A stretch of DNA of 64,000 bases from a bacterium (GTDB lineage Bacteria > Zhuqueibacterota > Zhuqueibacteria > Residuimicrobiales > Krinioviventaceae), in contig OY843751.1 of the NCBI GenBank assembly GCA_963693055.1, forward strand, positions 2,528,001 to 2,592,000, given 5' to 3'. This document shows positions 31,323-41,531 of this stretch, one piece after another. Below the pieces are notes generated by a model that was not told the origin of the DNA, did not search any database, and worked only from the letters and a program-made list of their open reading frames with translations. Within the stretch, counting starts at the first letter, position 1; each line of letters opens with the position of its first letter. Position numbers and translations under genes: made by a program.

Positions 31323-33636
31323 AAATACACCATGTCAATGGAATATGCATGGATGCAAATTTTTCCAGATCATATATATGAAAATAATTTAAAGACCTTT
31401 CGTTCAAGTCTTTGTTTTGTCTCAACTTTTCTGACATTTTTGTCAATAGCCAAATTATCTGTGGGAGGTATAGCATCCCCTCATTATACCAGGTTTGTAA
31501 TAATTTTAATGCAACCTGAAAAAAGTGTCGGGGTATGCGTGCATTATTCAAATCTAATAAAAGCTGTAGAGGCTCAACGACAAAGTTTTGTATTTCATTG
31601 GTGAATGATTTGGATGTTGAATTGTATTTGTTACTTTTTAAGGCAAGTTCTAACCGTTGGTAATTTTGTACTTGCCTTATCTTAAGCTTTTCGGTTATTG
31701 ATTTTTTCCAATATTGATACTGATCAGTAAAAAAAGGGGTTAAAGATGATTTACGCAAGCAAGAGCCATCTTTGAACAAAGGGCATGTAAAGAATTCCTG
31801 GCGGCATGTCCAGCAAGGCTGCAAATTGTTTTTTGCTTCGAGTAAAGCATTCATAGAGATATGAGCCATTTTATTGATTGGATATTTTGAATGGTGTACA
31901 GTAAAACCTCCACTTATTCCGATATCGATATTATTGCATACGTACTGTTCAAAGGTTTGTGTTATCTCCAGGGAAAGCTGAGCAACATCATTCCAAGCTC
32001 CAATGACAAATAAATCGTCTCCACCAGCATAGATGACTTGTAAATTTTTTTTAGATCCTTCTGGATTTAAAAATGAATAGCTTTTATTGGTTTTACTGCA
32101 TAATGCATTCAGAAATAATTTGAAATAGTAATTCAGATTTCGGGAAAGGTTTGACAGGCTTTCAAAAGTTAAATTATTGCCAAATCCTTTTTGCATGATT
32201 TTTCCCAGGTTGTCAACGTCCATACGCAATCCTGCAACATATTTCACACCTGTTGCAGTTTGAGAAAGCAAATCTATTCCTGCAACACTATCATCTCTAA
32301 GGGAGGCAAGAGCTTCTTCCAGGTACTTTTTATCAGCCAATTCAATTTGAGCTTGAAGAGCAATCTTTTCTTTTTGAATTTCCTTTTTTATTGCATCGGG
32401 CATGTCTTTGATTTTTCTTAAATAAGTTTTACTGTAAACAGGCAGAGTATGCTCAGATAACTCATTTATGATATCAAAAGAGCCTTGATAAATAATGAAT
32501 TTTAGATTACTGTTATCCTCTTTTCCATCACTTAGTTTATAATATTTTTCGTCAATTTGTATTGAATCAGAGCTTTCATTGTCTGTTGCATATATATATT
32601 TGACATTTGGTATCTTGTTGCCTAGTTTTGACAATTTATCACAAAAAGGACATCTTGCTAATCCTGCTTCTTCATCGAGTATGAGGTTTGCCTTTGTATC
32701 GTCTCTGGTACAAATATCACAATGCATAAAATGTGGGTCATTTTTATCTATCCATTCAAACTCGCCTTGTTCAATTAGGCTTTTGAATTTTGCTTGTTTT
32801 TTCTCAAAGATTTTTAATGAAATTTGGTTTAATAACTCATCCAAATTGTTCTCGATTTGAGTTTCCTCACACTCAATAGCATCTATAGACACATATAAAA
32901 TTCCGTTAAATTCATTATATAACCATTTGTTGATTCTGTAATCAATTTCATTAATAAGTTCTTTATAATTTTCAGGTTTACTTGCATAAAAATAAATACT
33001 TCCCCCGCCATTCATAAGCACATTGACTTGGTGAAGATTGAATTTCTCCATAACTGTTTCAATTAAATGCCAAGATAATAATTCAATATAAAATGATCGT
33101 GCCCTTAAATTTTTCAATGCACCGCTGGATGTGATATTATAAATGAAATTTTGTATTCCGGAAAGGTCAACATTGATTAATAAATTTCCATTATGATTAT
33201 GGTGTGTCGCATTGTAATCAATTACAGCTTTAGCGGCTTTGATTTTATATGCATCGTAAATTGAAATATTTTCATTTTGTTGTGCAGGTAGATTCCCTCC
33301 ATACATTTCTAAAAGGAAGAAAAGTTGAGAGCAATTTAATGATTCAAGATATGATTGATCAAATGCCTTTACATTAGTTGCAATGTCCATTATAAATTGC
33401 TGTTTTTCGGTATCAAACATCTGGTCTTGTTTGAGTTGAGGATAATATGGCTCAAATGTTAAACGATATGGAGGTACGTAATAAGGACTGTCTTGATCAT
33501 CTTTAAAACTTACTAGATTAAATATAGATCGCAAATAGTTGGGTGTAGATTGTTCACACCAGCTTTTTATCTCTTCAAGTCCTTGAATAAATGTTGGTTT
33601 TAATATATCATTCAAATCCAAATTAATTACCTCCAT
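31285..33636 (-). CDS. cas10: Cas10/Csm1 lacking the HD nuclease domain, with intact cyclase Palm
   Basis: DLSGIQNFIY, LRARSFY, CDIC/CPFC, MDVDNLG, IYAGGDD; starts close to the post-HD LRSIF motif. Confidence 0.93.
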   Translation of the reverse strand: MEVINLDLNDILKPTFIQGLEEIKSWCEQSTPNYLRSIFNLVSFKDDQDSPYYVPPYRLTFEPYYPQLKQDQMFDTEKQQFIMDIATNVKAFDQSYLESLNCSQLFFLLEMYGGNLPAQQNENISIYDAYKIKAAKAVIDYNATHHNHNGNLLINVDLSGIQNFIYNITSSGALKNLRARSFYIELLSWHLIETVMEKFNLHQVNVLMNGGGSIYFYASKPENYKELINEIDYRINKWLYNEFNGILYVSIDAIECEETQIENNLDELLNQISLKIFEKKQAKFKSLIEQGEFEWIDKNDPHFMHCDICTRDDTKANLILDEEAGLARCPFCDKLSKLGNKIPNVKYIYATDNESSDSIQIDEKYYKLSDGKEDNSNLKFIIYQGSFDIINELSEHTLPVYSKTYLRKIKDMPDAIKKEIQKEKIALQAQIELADKKYLEEALASLRDDSVAGIDLLSQTATGVKYVAGLRMDVDNLGKIMQKGFGNNLTFESLSNLSRNLNYYFKLFLNALCSKTNKSYSFLNPEGSKKNLQVIYAGGDDLFVIGAWNDVAQLSLEITQTFEQYVCNNIDIGISGGFTVHHSKYPINKMAHISMNALLEAKNNLQPCWTCRQEFFTCPLFKDGSCLRKSSLTPFFTDQYQYWKKSITEKLKIRQVQNYQRLELALKSNKYNSTSKSFTNEIQNFVVEPLQLLLDLNNARIPRHFFQVALKLLQTWYNEGMLYLPQIIWLLTKMSEKLRQNKDLNERSLNYFHIYDLEKFASMHIPLTWCIYVTKSGGNHNEL

Positions 33637-33640
33637 ATAG

Positions 33641-34627
33641 TCATTCTGTAATAGTTACTCTTATTTTCCCCAACCCAAAACTTGTCCCTTTGCCGATGTG
33701 GAGGACCTGGCTCTGCAGCAGAAGGGGAGTGAATCCATTTATGTTGCCGGCAAGAAGGATATCGCCGATAAAGCCGCCGATCTCCATTTTTGTGTTTTGC
33801 CGGGAGCTGTACCGGTGCCAGTCCTGCCATTTCAGATGCGGGTCCATAATTGCCACTTCATTTGCCTGGACAAGATAGGGGTGGAAGTGCCAGTCGATTT
33901 CATTTTCCGGAGCGTAGAAATGCGCGAGCTCTAAAAGGCGCCGGAGCATTTTAAACACCAACAGTCGGAAAGAGAAATCCATTATATATTGGTCTTCGTA
34001 TTTTAATCGGGTAGGCGTGAGAAACCGGACTTGAACCTGGTCGTGCTCCGAATCCTCATAGTGCGGATGAGTGGGGATTGCCTGGGCGCAGAGGGATTCA
34101 GTTTCTCCTTTGTAGATCAGTGTTTCGGTAAAAGTGTTTTCTGCCAGGGAATGTTGTTCCGGATTTATCCAATAAACATTATGGAGTTGGAACGGCAATC
34201 GCTTTGATGAAAGTCCCCGTTTGGCCATGAGACTGATGGAGTAAATAATGTATGGATAAAGCGCTCCAATATTACCGAGGAGCGTCAGGGTAAAGCTGAA
34301 CGTATCGCCCTGGGCATACTCGGTTTTTTGATCAAAAGCGTCTATGATGTATGGCCGGGGAGAGGTTGGTAATTTGCTTAAAAAGGGCGGAGGGGTTCCC
34401 TCGACATAAGTCTCAAAAATTTTTGTGTAGGTACACTGGCTCCGGAACAGGCAGGATTGACAGGATTCCTGTTTTTTCTGAATGCAGACAGTCCGTTTTA
34501 ACGCACTGCCAAATGCTCCCCTCAGCATGGATCCCTTAATCCTGGGCAGTGTGCATACCTGTTCGGCCTGAAGAACGAATTTCAGTTTCAAATAGGGAAT
34601 AATAGGAAGACAGTAATCCACGGTCAT
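33641..34627 (-). CDS. cas6: Cas6 crRNA-processing endoribonuclease (Cys-cluster type)
   Basis: GSMLRGAFG, CI..CQSC....C, FLTPTRL, HIGKGTSFGLG glycine-rich loop. Confidence 0.93.
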   Translation of the reverse strand: MTVDYCLPIIPYLKLKFVLQAEQVCTLPRIKGSMLRGAFGSALKRTVCIQKKQESCQSCLFRSQCTYTKIFETYVEGTPPPFLSKLPTSPRPYIIDAFDQKTEYAQGDTFSFTLTLLGNIGALYPYIIYSISLMAKRGLSSKRLPFQLHNVYWINPEQHSLAENTFTETLIYKGETESLCAQAIPTHPHYEDSEHDQVQVRFLTPTRLKYEDQYIMDFSFRLLVFKMLRRLLELAHFYAPENEIDWHFHPYLVQANEVAIMDPHLKWQDWHRYSSRQNTKMEIGGFIGDILLAGNINGFTPLLLQSQVLHIGKGTSFGLGKIRVTITE

Positions 34628-34975
34628 ATCCCTTTTGTAAAAGATAAATGATAGTATTATTCAAGATGATTCAAATATAAAACTGCCCCAAAACAGTTCA
34701 GTTGTCCCACCAGTAACTGTTAAGGATATTCAAAATATAGAACATTTTAAAATATCAAATTCCGCCCATGGCACAATTGTGAGTCCGTGTAATTGTATAT
34801 AAGCATTTTCACAGTAAAGGTCAAGATGAAAATAAAAATTTTTCGAGTTTAGTGGTTTTATTGTGCAAGTGATCAGTATTCGGTTATCAGTTTTCAGAGC
34901 CGCCAGGGGTCCTTTTGTATTCCATGTTTTTGTATAGAGCTGACAGCTATTAGCTGATAGCTAACAGCTTGAAGC

Positions 34976-35008
34976 CAATCCCATCGTATTGATTAGGTCT
35001 ATTTACAG
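34976..35008 (-). repeat. Solitary CRISPR repeat (type B, lacking the last 4 nt)
   Basis: caatcccatcgtattgattaggtctatttacag is identical to array-2 repeats. Confidence 0.9.
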
Positions 35009-35772
35009 AGAAATGCATGGTTCTTTACTATGAGGTAGAGAAGGGTAGCGGCTTTTTCTTCAAAGCTGGGGTACAAATCCCTGTCTCCCAATGACTGACG
35101 GATTTGAGTGATAGCACTCTTGAACCCGTCACCCCGTTCATGTCCAAATACAGAGGAGTTAAAATCGCTTCGCATTTGATCAATAACGGCCATATAGTCT
35201 TTGTATGCCGGGTAGACAACGGATTTTTCCGTTTTACCTTTTTTATCCAGGGATTCATGATCATAATCGTCTAAAAGTTTCAGACCCTCTGCATACAAAT
35301 TTAACCAGTCGTAATCCTTGTTCGATGCTTTTTGCTCTATAGCCCGACTTATAATATGAATTCCATCCTTAAGATGTTGAACTTCTTGTTGTTTCTGTGC
35401 CAGTCTTTTTTCATTGATGGTATACCCTTGTACTAACAATTCTCTCAATCTTTTAGTTGCCCATTGACGGAATTGAGTACCTCGTTGTGACTTTACTCGA
35501 TAACCAACTGATATTATGACATCAAGATTGTAAAAAGCCACAGGTTTATCTGAATTTGCAATATGCATTTTTTGCATATTGCTTTTTTTTTCAAGTTCAT
35601 TTTCTTGAAATATATTATTCAGATGGCGGGAAATCACTGATTGATCTCGTTGAAACAACTGTGTTAATTGCTCCTGATTGAGCCAAACTGTATCCTCATT
35701 AAAACGAACTTCAACAGCAGTTTCGTTATCATTTGTTGTATAGATTTCAATTTTGTTTTCAGTATTATCCAT
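34999..35772 (-). pseudogene. RhuM-family protein fused to Fic/Doc, truncated at the Fic motif
   Basis: YNLDVIISVGYRVKSQRGTQFRQWAT (RhuM); LYPSFEEKAATLLYLIVKNHAF then CRISPR repeat. Confidence 0.88.
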
Positions 35773-35865
35773 TATGTGTCTTGTAAGATTAGAGTCGTGA
35801 TGAATGAGCCGTACATACAAGGTTATTTAACAAACTATTTGGAAACATTCAAGGGTATTTTGAAA

Positions 35866-37296
35866 CAGGGTACCCCCGATTTTTTTATTCGAGGGCCAAA
35901 AATAATTGATTTTTGTCACCGGCATGATTATTACACTTTAATTTTCTGAGCTTTATATTGGGTAAAATGATCCTTAATGCCTTTGCCAGTTTATAATAAA
36001 CAAACCCAATAAACTCGTTTAATTTCCTTCTATACACCAACGGAGCTTGAGATTGATCTAAAATATGTAAACAAATATTATCCAAATGACAATAGATAAA
36101 ACTCATGACATTCCAAAACAGGGCATTAAAATTTTTTAGCGCAACATACCTTTTAAGGCAAATGTCTTCAAGATGATAATCATTTTTTATTTGACGATGT
36201 ACCTCTTCAATTTTCCACCGGTAACCATAGCCTTCCATGGTAATCTCTATGGCCTCACGTTCAGTCTCTGCCGGTATAAAGCTTAAAAACCAGCTTTTGC
36301 CTTTGCCAGGTTCAGTGACTGAAATCAGCCATAATCCGGTGTTCATTGGGCCATCCCCATACTGCTTTGGCAGATATACCTTACGGGCACCGCATTGAAA
36401 ACATCGCTTTATCAGCCTGTTCCGGCGTTTTTTCTGCACGGTAATTTCAGTACTGGGACGGATTTTTTCGGCATATTTCTTTAAATTCTTCTTTACTCCT
36501 TGAACAAATATATCCCGGTACCCGGTTTGCCGTATTATAAAGTGTTGTTTTTGCTTAATCCATTTGTTCATCAGTTTGCTACGATCACCTCCGCGATCAT
36601 AAACAACTATCTGTTCTCCATGAATATGTTCTCGAATCGTGTCCACGGATTCGAGGATTTTCTTGTTCTCTGAAATACCTTTGCCTTCTTCCTGATCCGT
36701 CGCCCAAAGCGTACTCACCAGCGGCATGATGGATGTACCGGTTTTATCAACTCCAATGATATTCAGTTGCCAGTATCCATTCCCTAGTTCTTTGGTACTA
36801 CCATCATAAACACGATCAAGCCCTTCCATCTTTTCCGCATAAGGCTTGATTATATCACTCATATCTGCTATCAAGTATTTCGAATCCGAAAACCTTCTTT
36901 TGTTTATTTTCAGATGACTAATGGTTAATTCTCTGTCAAATCCTGGGCGGCCCAAGTGGCTAGACATTCGTTCTGTTGTCTTTTTTAGGCTCGTCTCTTC
37001 CTTTAGGGTTGATGCGATTTTATTTAAATGTACATGCCCGGAGCAAAGTATCCCATAATGCATGTCTCTGATAAATTTATAGTCCGGTCGGTTGAATTCT
37101 GCTTGATATTTCGCTGTCACTTGATTAAGTTTTACTTGGACTCGTTTTGTGATGTCCATGGGTTGCCTCCTATATTATGGTCTGTCAACTATAATGAGGC
37201 AACCTTTTTTTATTTTTACAAGCTTTTTTTGCTTCTATCTCCATTATTTTTTATTACTTACAGTAATATGATTTGTGATTTTTCGGGGGTGTCCTG
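35866..37296 (-). mobile_element. IS4-superfamily insertion sequence
   Basis: IRs cagggtacccccga / tcgggggtgtcctg; 10-bp TSD tattttgaaa at 35856-35865 and 37297-37306; ggttgcctc...gaggcaacc hairpin covers the RBS. Confidence 0.92.
35885..37159 (-). CDS. DDE transposase (IS4 superfamily)
   Basis: IADMSDI, YDRGGD, YGYRWKIEEVHRQIK. Confidence 0.92.
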   Translation of the reverse strand: MDITKRVQVKLNQVTAKYQAEFNRPDYKFIRDMHYGILCSGHVHLNKIASTLKEETSLKKTTERMSSHLGRPGFDRELTISHLKINKRRFSDSKYLIADMSDIIKPYAEKMEGLDRVYDGSTKELGNGYWQLNIIGVDKTGTSIMPLVSTLWATDQEEGKGISENKKILESVDTIREHIHGEQIVVYDRGGDRSKLMNKWIKQKQHFIIRQTGYRDIFVQGVKKNLKKYAEKIRPSTEITVQKKRRNRLIKRCFQCGARKVYLPKQYGDGPMNTGLWLISVTEPGKGKSWFLSFIPAETEREAIEITMEGYGYRWKIEEVHRQIKNDYHLEDICLKRYVALKNFNALFWNVMSFIYCHLDNICLHILDQSQAPLVYRRKLNEFIGFVYYKLAKALRIILPNIKLRKLKCNNHAGDKNQLFLALE

Positions 37297-37332
37297 TATT
37301 TTGAAAGGGGGAATACATTTTGTGTGAAAAAT

Positions 37333-37674
37333 AATCCCATCATAGTTAATAGGTCTTTCCAGTCCATTATCATGGATAAAATGTCAGGTCGTTCAAAAGG
37401 TTTTGGGTCTCAATCCCATCATAGTTACCAGGTCTTTTCCAATCTTGTTTGAGGGGCTCCTGATCTTGCAAAAACTTATGGTCTCAATCCCATCGTATTG
37501 ATTAGGTCTATTTACAGTAGGCTATTTCGAACAAGACGGCCAGACGCGAGCACAATTGTTGTCTCAATCCCATCGTATTGATTAGGTCTATTTACAGCTA
37601 TTAGATAAAGAGGGTAGTATGAAAAAGAAAGCTGGAATAGTCTCAATCCCATCGTATTGATTAGGTCATTCCAC
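37333..37674 (-). CRISPR. CRISPR array 2: 5 repeats / 4 spacers, hybrid of repeat A and repeat B (CTGTAAATAGACCTAATCAATACGATGGGATTGAGAC)
   Basis: Repeats at 37333 (partial A), 37407 (A), 37481, 37561, 37640 (B). Confidence 0.92.
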
Positions 37675-37861
37675 GTGAGACGTGAAACGTAAGACGGTAA
37701 ACGATCTTTTGACCTTGCGAAAATGTCAAAGAACGGGGGAGTTGTCAGTCATCGGTTATCAGTTTTCAGAACCACCCGGGGGTTCGTTGTATTCCATATT
37801 TCTTGAGCTGAGCGTCAGTCGGTCCCTGAGTAGACCGCCGCCAGGCGGACGTACCGAAGGG

Positions 37862-37894
37862 CAATCCCATCGTATTGATTAGGTCTATTTACAG
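37862..37894 (-). repeat. Second solitary type-B CRISPR repeat
   Basis: Identical 33-mer to 34976-35008. Confidence 0.9.
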
Positions 37895-38262
37895 TCAATC
37901 AGATTGGATATTACATCATAACCGCATTTGTGTCATTTGTTCTCACCAACCTGGGATGGATACTATTCAAAAAGGACAAGACAGAACCGGTTGAAAAAGA
38001 CCATCTTGACCATCCTTGTCAAAAAATTCTGATATTGGAACAGGATTTTAAGAACCACAAAGATGTGGTCAAGAACCGGATTGATTTGAATGAACGTCGG
38101 TTGAACGCACACGCGAAAGACCTGGATGTATTGCGGGAAACCATCGTGAGACAGGAACAGAACAATAACCATCTGAACGAGAAAGTAGATGAAATCAAGG
38201 CCGAGATTAGTAAAATAACAGATTTTTTATACAGTGGTAAATGGAAATCGGTTAAGTCATGA
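37895..38262 (+). CDS. Phage-like TM + coiled-coil protein (holin/hemolysin-like), probably 5'-truncated by the repeat
   Basis: Open frame NQIGYYIITAFVSFVLTNLGWILF starts right at the repeat junction; coiled-coil tail. Confidence 0.5.
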
Positions 38263-40837
38263 GCAACCAGGTACTGAAAATCACCCACGTTAAAGGCCTG
38301 GTGACCCACGCTGATCCGCAGGACATACCGGTGGATGCTGTGAGCCGTTTGGCCAATCTGCGGCCGGTAAACGGTAAACTGGTGCGGACATTCGGATACG
38401 GACAGAACTTTTCCCGGGACCGGCTGGCAGTACTGCGTCAGGAGGGCAAAAGCGTATACTGGGACGATTCCAAAGTGTGGGACGATGGTGACTATTGGCT
38501 GGACAATACCGACATTGATGAAAGCCTGGGCGATCCTTTTGACCATGTCATTGTATTTGAAAACCGTAACCTGGGCTACTGTCCTTATGCCACCGGTGAA
38601 GGTTATGTTATTATTGCCTATCTGGTGGATACGGACACCGGCCTGGTGACCTTGAAGTACTGGGACGGGGATTCCTGGGAACTGTTGGCATCCACCGGTT
38701 TGATGGTCAATGCCCTGGGCAGTTATTACCACCATAAAGGCAACAATCCGGTCATTCTGCACAACGAGATATTGAGGATTTTACCGGGAGCAACCGGCAA
38801 GATCAACGGTAATAACGCCGAAGGCATCTGGATCGGATATATAGACCGGGATATCTTTGACGAACACTATACCGCAGGGACATCGGAAGAAGTGAGTGAA
38901 GAGACCGCGGATTATGTCAAAGGCTTTTACAATTACAGCAACAGCGTACCGGCGCCGGATATCTCTGCATCCGGATTGGACCCGGTATTGACCGATGAAC
39001 CGACCGGCGGCAGTCTGAACCCGGACGGGAATGAACTGGTCTATTTTTACAGGTTATCCTATGTCTATGACGGGGTAAACGAAAGTGCCTTGTCCGAGAC
39101 CCTGTCCAAATCTTTTAAACAAAACACATTTTTGAAAATGGCTTTGACCTTTACCAAAGCCGAACACAATAAACGTATCACCGCAGTAAAAATTTATCGA
39201 AGCAGCTATGCCGATGCCGGATTTCAGCAAATCCACACCCTGGACTTGACCCGCAAGACCGATAAACTGAAAAGCGTGGACGGTATGGCCAGCGGCCTGA
39301 GCCGGTTTTACATCCCGGGACTGGCCTATTATAATTTCGATAATACCGAAAGCTACCGAATCGGTGTCCGGGTACCGGGCGATACCGGCGCATTCACCTA
39401 TAACGCCATCTCACCGCCAAGCGGTACCGGTAATGTCATATTTGTAACATCCAGTACCCTGAGCGGGGATTACTGGGACTATGAATGGATCCTTGAATAT
39501 TATGACGCCAGCTGGGTGCCAATTGACAGTGGTACATCCGGTGTGTTTGCCGGTACCCATACCTTTATATCCACAGAAGTTGACCTTGGTAATGAAAACC
39601 AGGCCGGAGGAATACTGTACTGGCCATCCATTGCTTACGAGATCAAGGAATCGGTGAACCGTGCCATCCGAATATACATTGCCATACATATACCTATACC
39701 GACCAGACCATGAACATTTACTCCATTACAACCGGTTTGTACTGTTATTATAAATATCCGGGAGTTGGCAAAGAAGTACTGTACTTTTTTGATACCGGGC
39801 TGTTGGCCGGTGAAGCGCATCCTTATGCAACCGAGGTTTCCAACAAGGTCAACGGTAAATTTGCCATCTATGCGTACGGCAGACTGTTCCAGTACAGTGT
39901 AGTGCTTGACCCGGATTACAAACAGGAAGTGCATATGGACTAGCTGACCTTTTCCGAACTGGGACAACTGGATGTAACACCCGTCGGTAATGCCATTGTG
40001 CCGCCGGACCGCACCGGTGGAGCCGGTACCGGTATGGCTATGGCTTTTGGTTCCATTATACTGATGAAAAAACAGGCCCTGTTCCGGCTGGACATCAACG
40101 ATCCCGCTGATCCGGTAACCTGGTCCATCAAGGAAGCCAATTTCAGCCGCGGCAATGTCGCGAAAAAATGTTTTGTGCAGGTAGGTGAAACATTGTACAT
40201 CTGTTCCCATGACGGCATCTATTCAATCGACCTCAATGTACTGACCGCGGCAGACGAAACCCCGATGCTGCATAACCGCATATCCGAAGACATCAATGAT
40301 ATATACATGTCTCTGAGCGATTCCTCCGAGAAACCTTACATCTCTGCCGGATATGATCCGTTTCACAGCGAGATCGTGTTCCAGTTAAAACCCGGACAGA
40401 CCTATGCTTACAATATCCTGGAACAGAGCTGGCGCCAGAGCGATACTGACGCGGACATGGCCCTGGCAGTCAATGACCAGGACGGCAACCTGTTGATTGT
40501 GGACAATACCCGACAGCTGCTGTTGTCACCGGTGGTGAAAGAGGAAAGCGGGTTCTGTGTGCGCAGCAAGAACGTTCTGCTCTCATACGAACGGGCCAAA
40601 GTGGTGCGTTACGTCAAGGTGCGGTACCGGTCGGAGGAGAAACTGATCATCAATCTGTACGCCGATGGTAACACCGAAACCCCGGTGAAAAGCGGGACAC
40701 TGTCGGAATTGTCCGAACCCGGCTGGAAAGGTGTGTCGCTGCGGTATTATTGTCATTCATTTTACATTGAAATCTGTTCCGAGAGCGAGGGCGTCCCGGA
40801 AACCGAAATATATGAAATCGTTGTTGAACACGATTAA
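38259..40837 (+). pseudogene. Phage tail/stabilisation (nozzle-like) protein, broken by a frameshift near 39700 and an in-frame TAG at 39941
   Basis: ORFs 38259..39713, 39710..39943 and 39998..40837, the last two in one frame; NLRPVNGKL, YRLSYVYDG..ES, IKIYRS, FSELGQLD motifs typical of podovirus-like tail proteins. Confidence 0.65.
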
Positions 40838-40851
40838 AGGAGATTTTAACC

Positions 40852-41526
40852 ATGGCCGATGGTGATATAACCAAAGATTTATTGAGTGAACTGGCATTAC
40901 AGCTTGAAGACGCGGACGAAGTGAAATTTACCCAGGCTGCCAAGCTCCAGGCCCTGAACCGCTCACAAGTGAGGGTGGCCCAGATGCTGCACGACGCCTA
41001 TTTGACTGAATTCCAACATGTGGATGAAGACGTGGACGCATCATCCAGGATCATTGATATATCTCAATTAAACGAGGGAAAAGGCGTTTTCAGGGGTGGA
41101 GAAGGCATTGTCCGGGTGCGGATCAAGATCGGTGGTGATGACGCAAAATTGAAATGGGCCACGGAACTGGATTTTAAAGAGGACATCAAGCGCACCCAGA
41201 ACACGCTATTGGCCGGATCGGATACCAATCCGCTGTATTATGTGTTTAATGGGCATATTTATATTCTGGTGTCCACCTATGACGAAACTACTGCCAATGT
41301 GTACTATTTGCAAATGCCGCCAAACATGTCAGAGAGTGTTGATCCGATCCTGAATCCTTCCTTACACCAGATACTGCTGGACCTTGCCGAATCCATCTGC
41401 TGGAAAATGGACAATCAACATAACCGCAGTGCAGAGGCCCGCACCAGTGCTTTTGAAGAGATTAAGGTTTTGAACGGCCGGTACACCAATCCCGAAGGCA
41501 TCGGCACAAGCAGCCGGAGGAGATAA
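40852..41526 (+). CDS. Putative phage head-tail adaptor / tail tubular protein
   Basis: ALNRSQ..., PLYY, YYLQMP...PILNPSLHQILLDLA pattern; strong RBS; phage context. Confidence 0.6.
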   Translation: MADGDITKDLLSELALQLEDADEVKFTQAAKLQALNRSQVRVAQMLHDAYLTEFQHVDEDVDASSRIIDISQLNEGKGVFRGGEGIVRVRIKIGGDDAKLKWATELDFKEDIKRTQNTLLAGSDTNPLYYVFNGHIYILVSTYDETTANVYYLQMPPNMSESVDPILNPSLHQILLDLAESICWKMDNQHNRSAEARTSAFEEIKVLNGRYTNPEGIGTSSRRR

Positions 41527-41531
41527 ATCGC

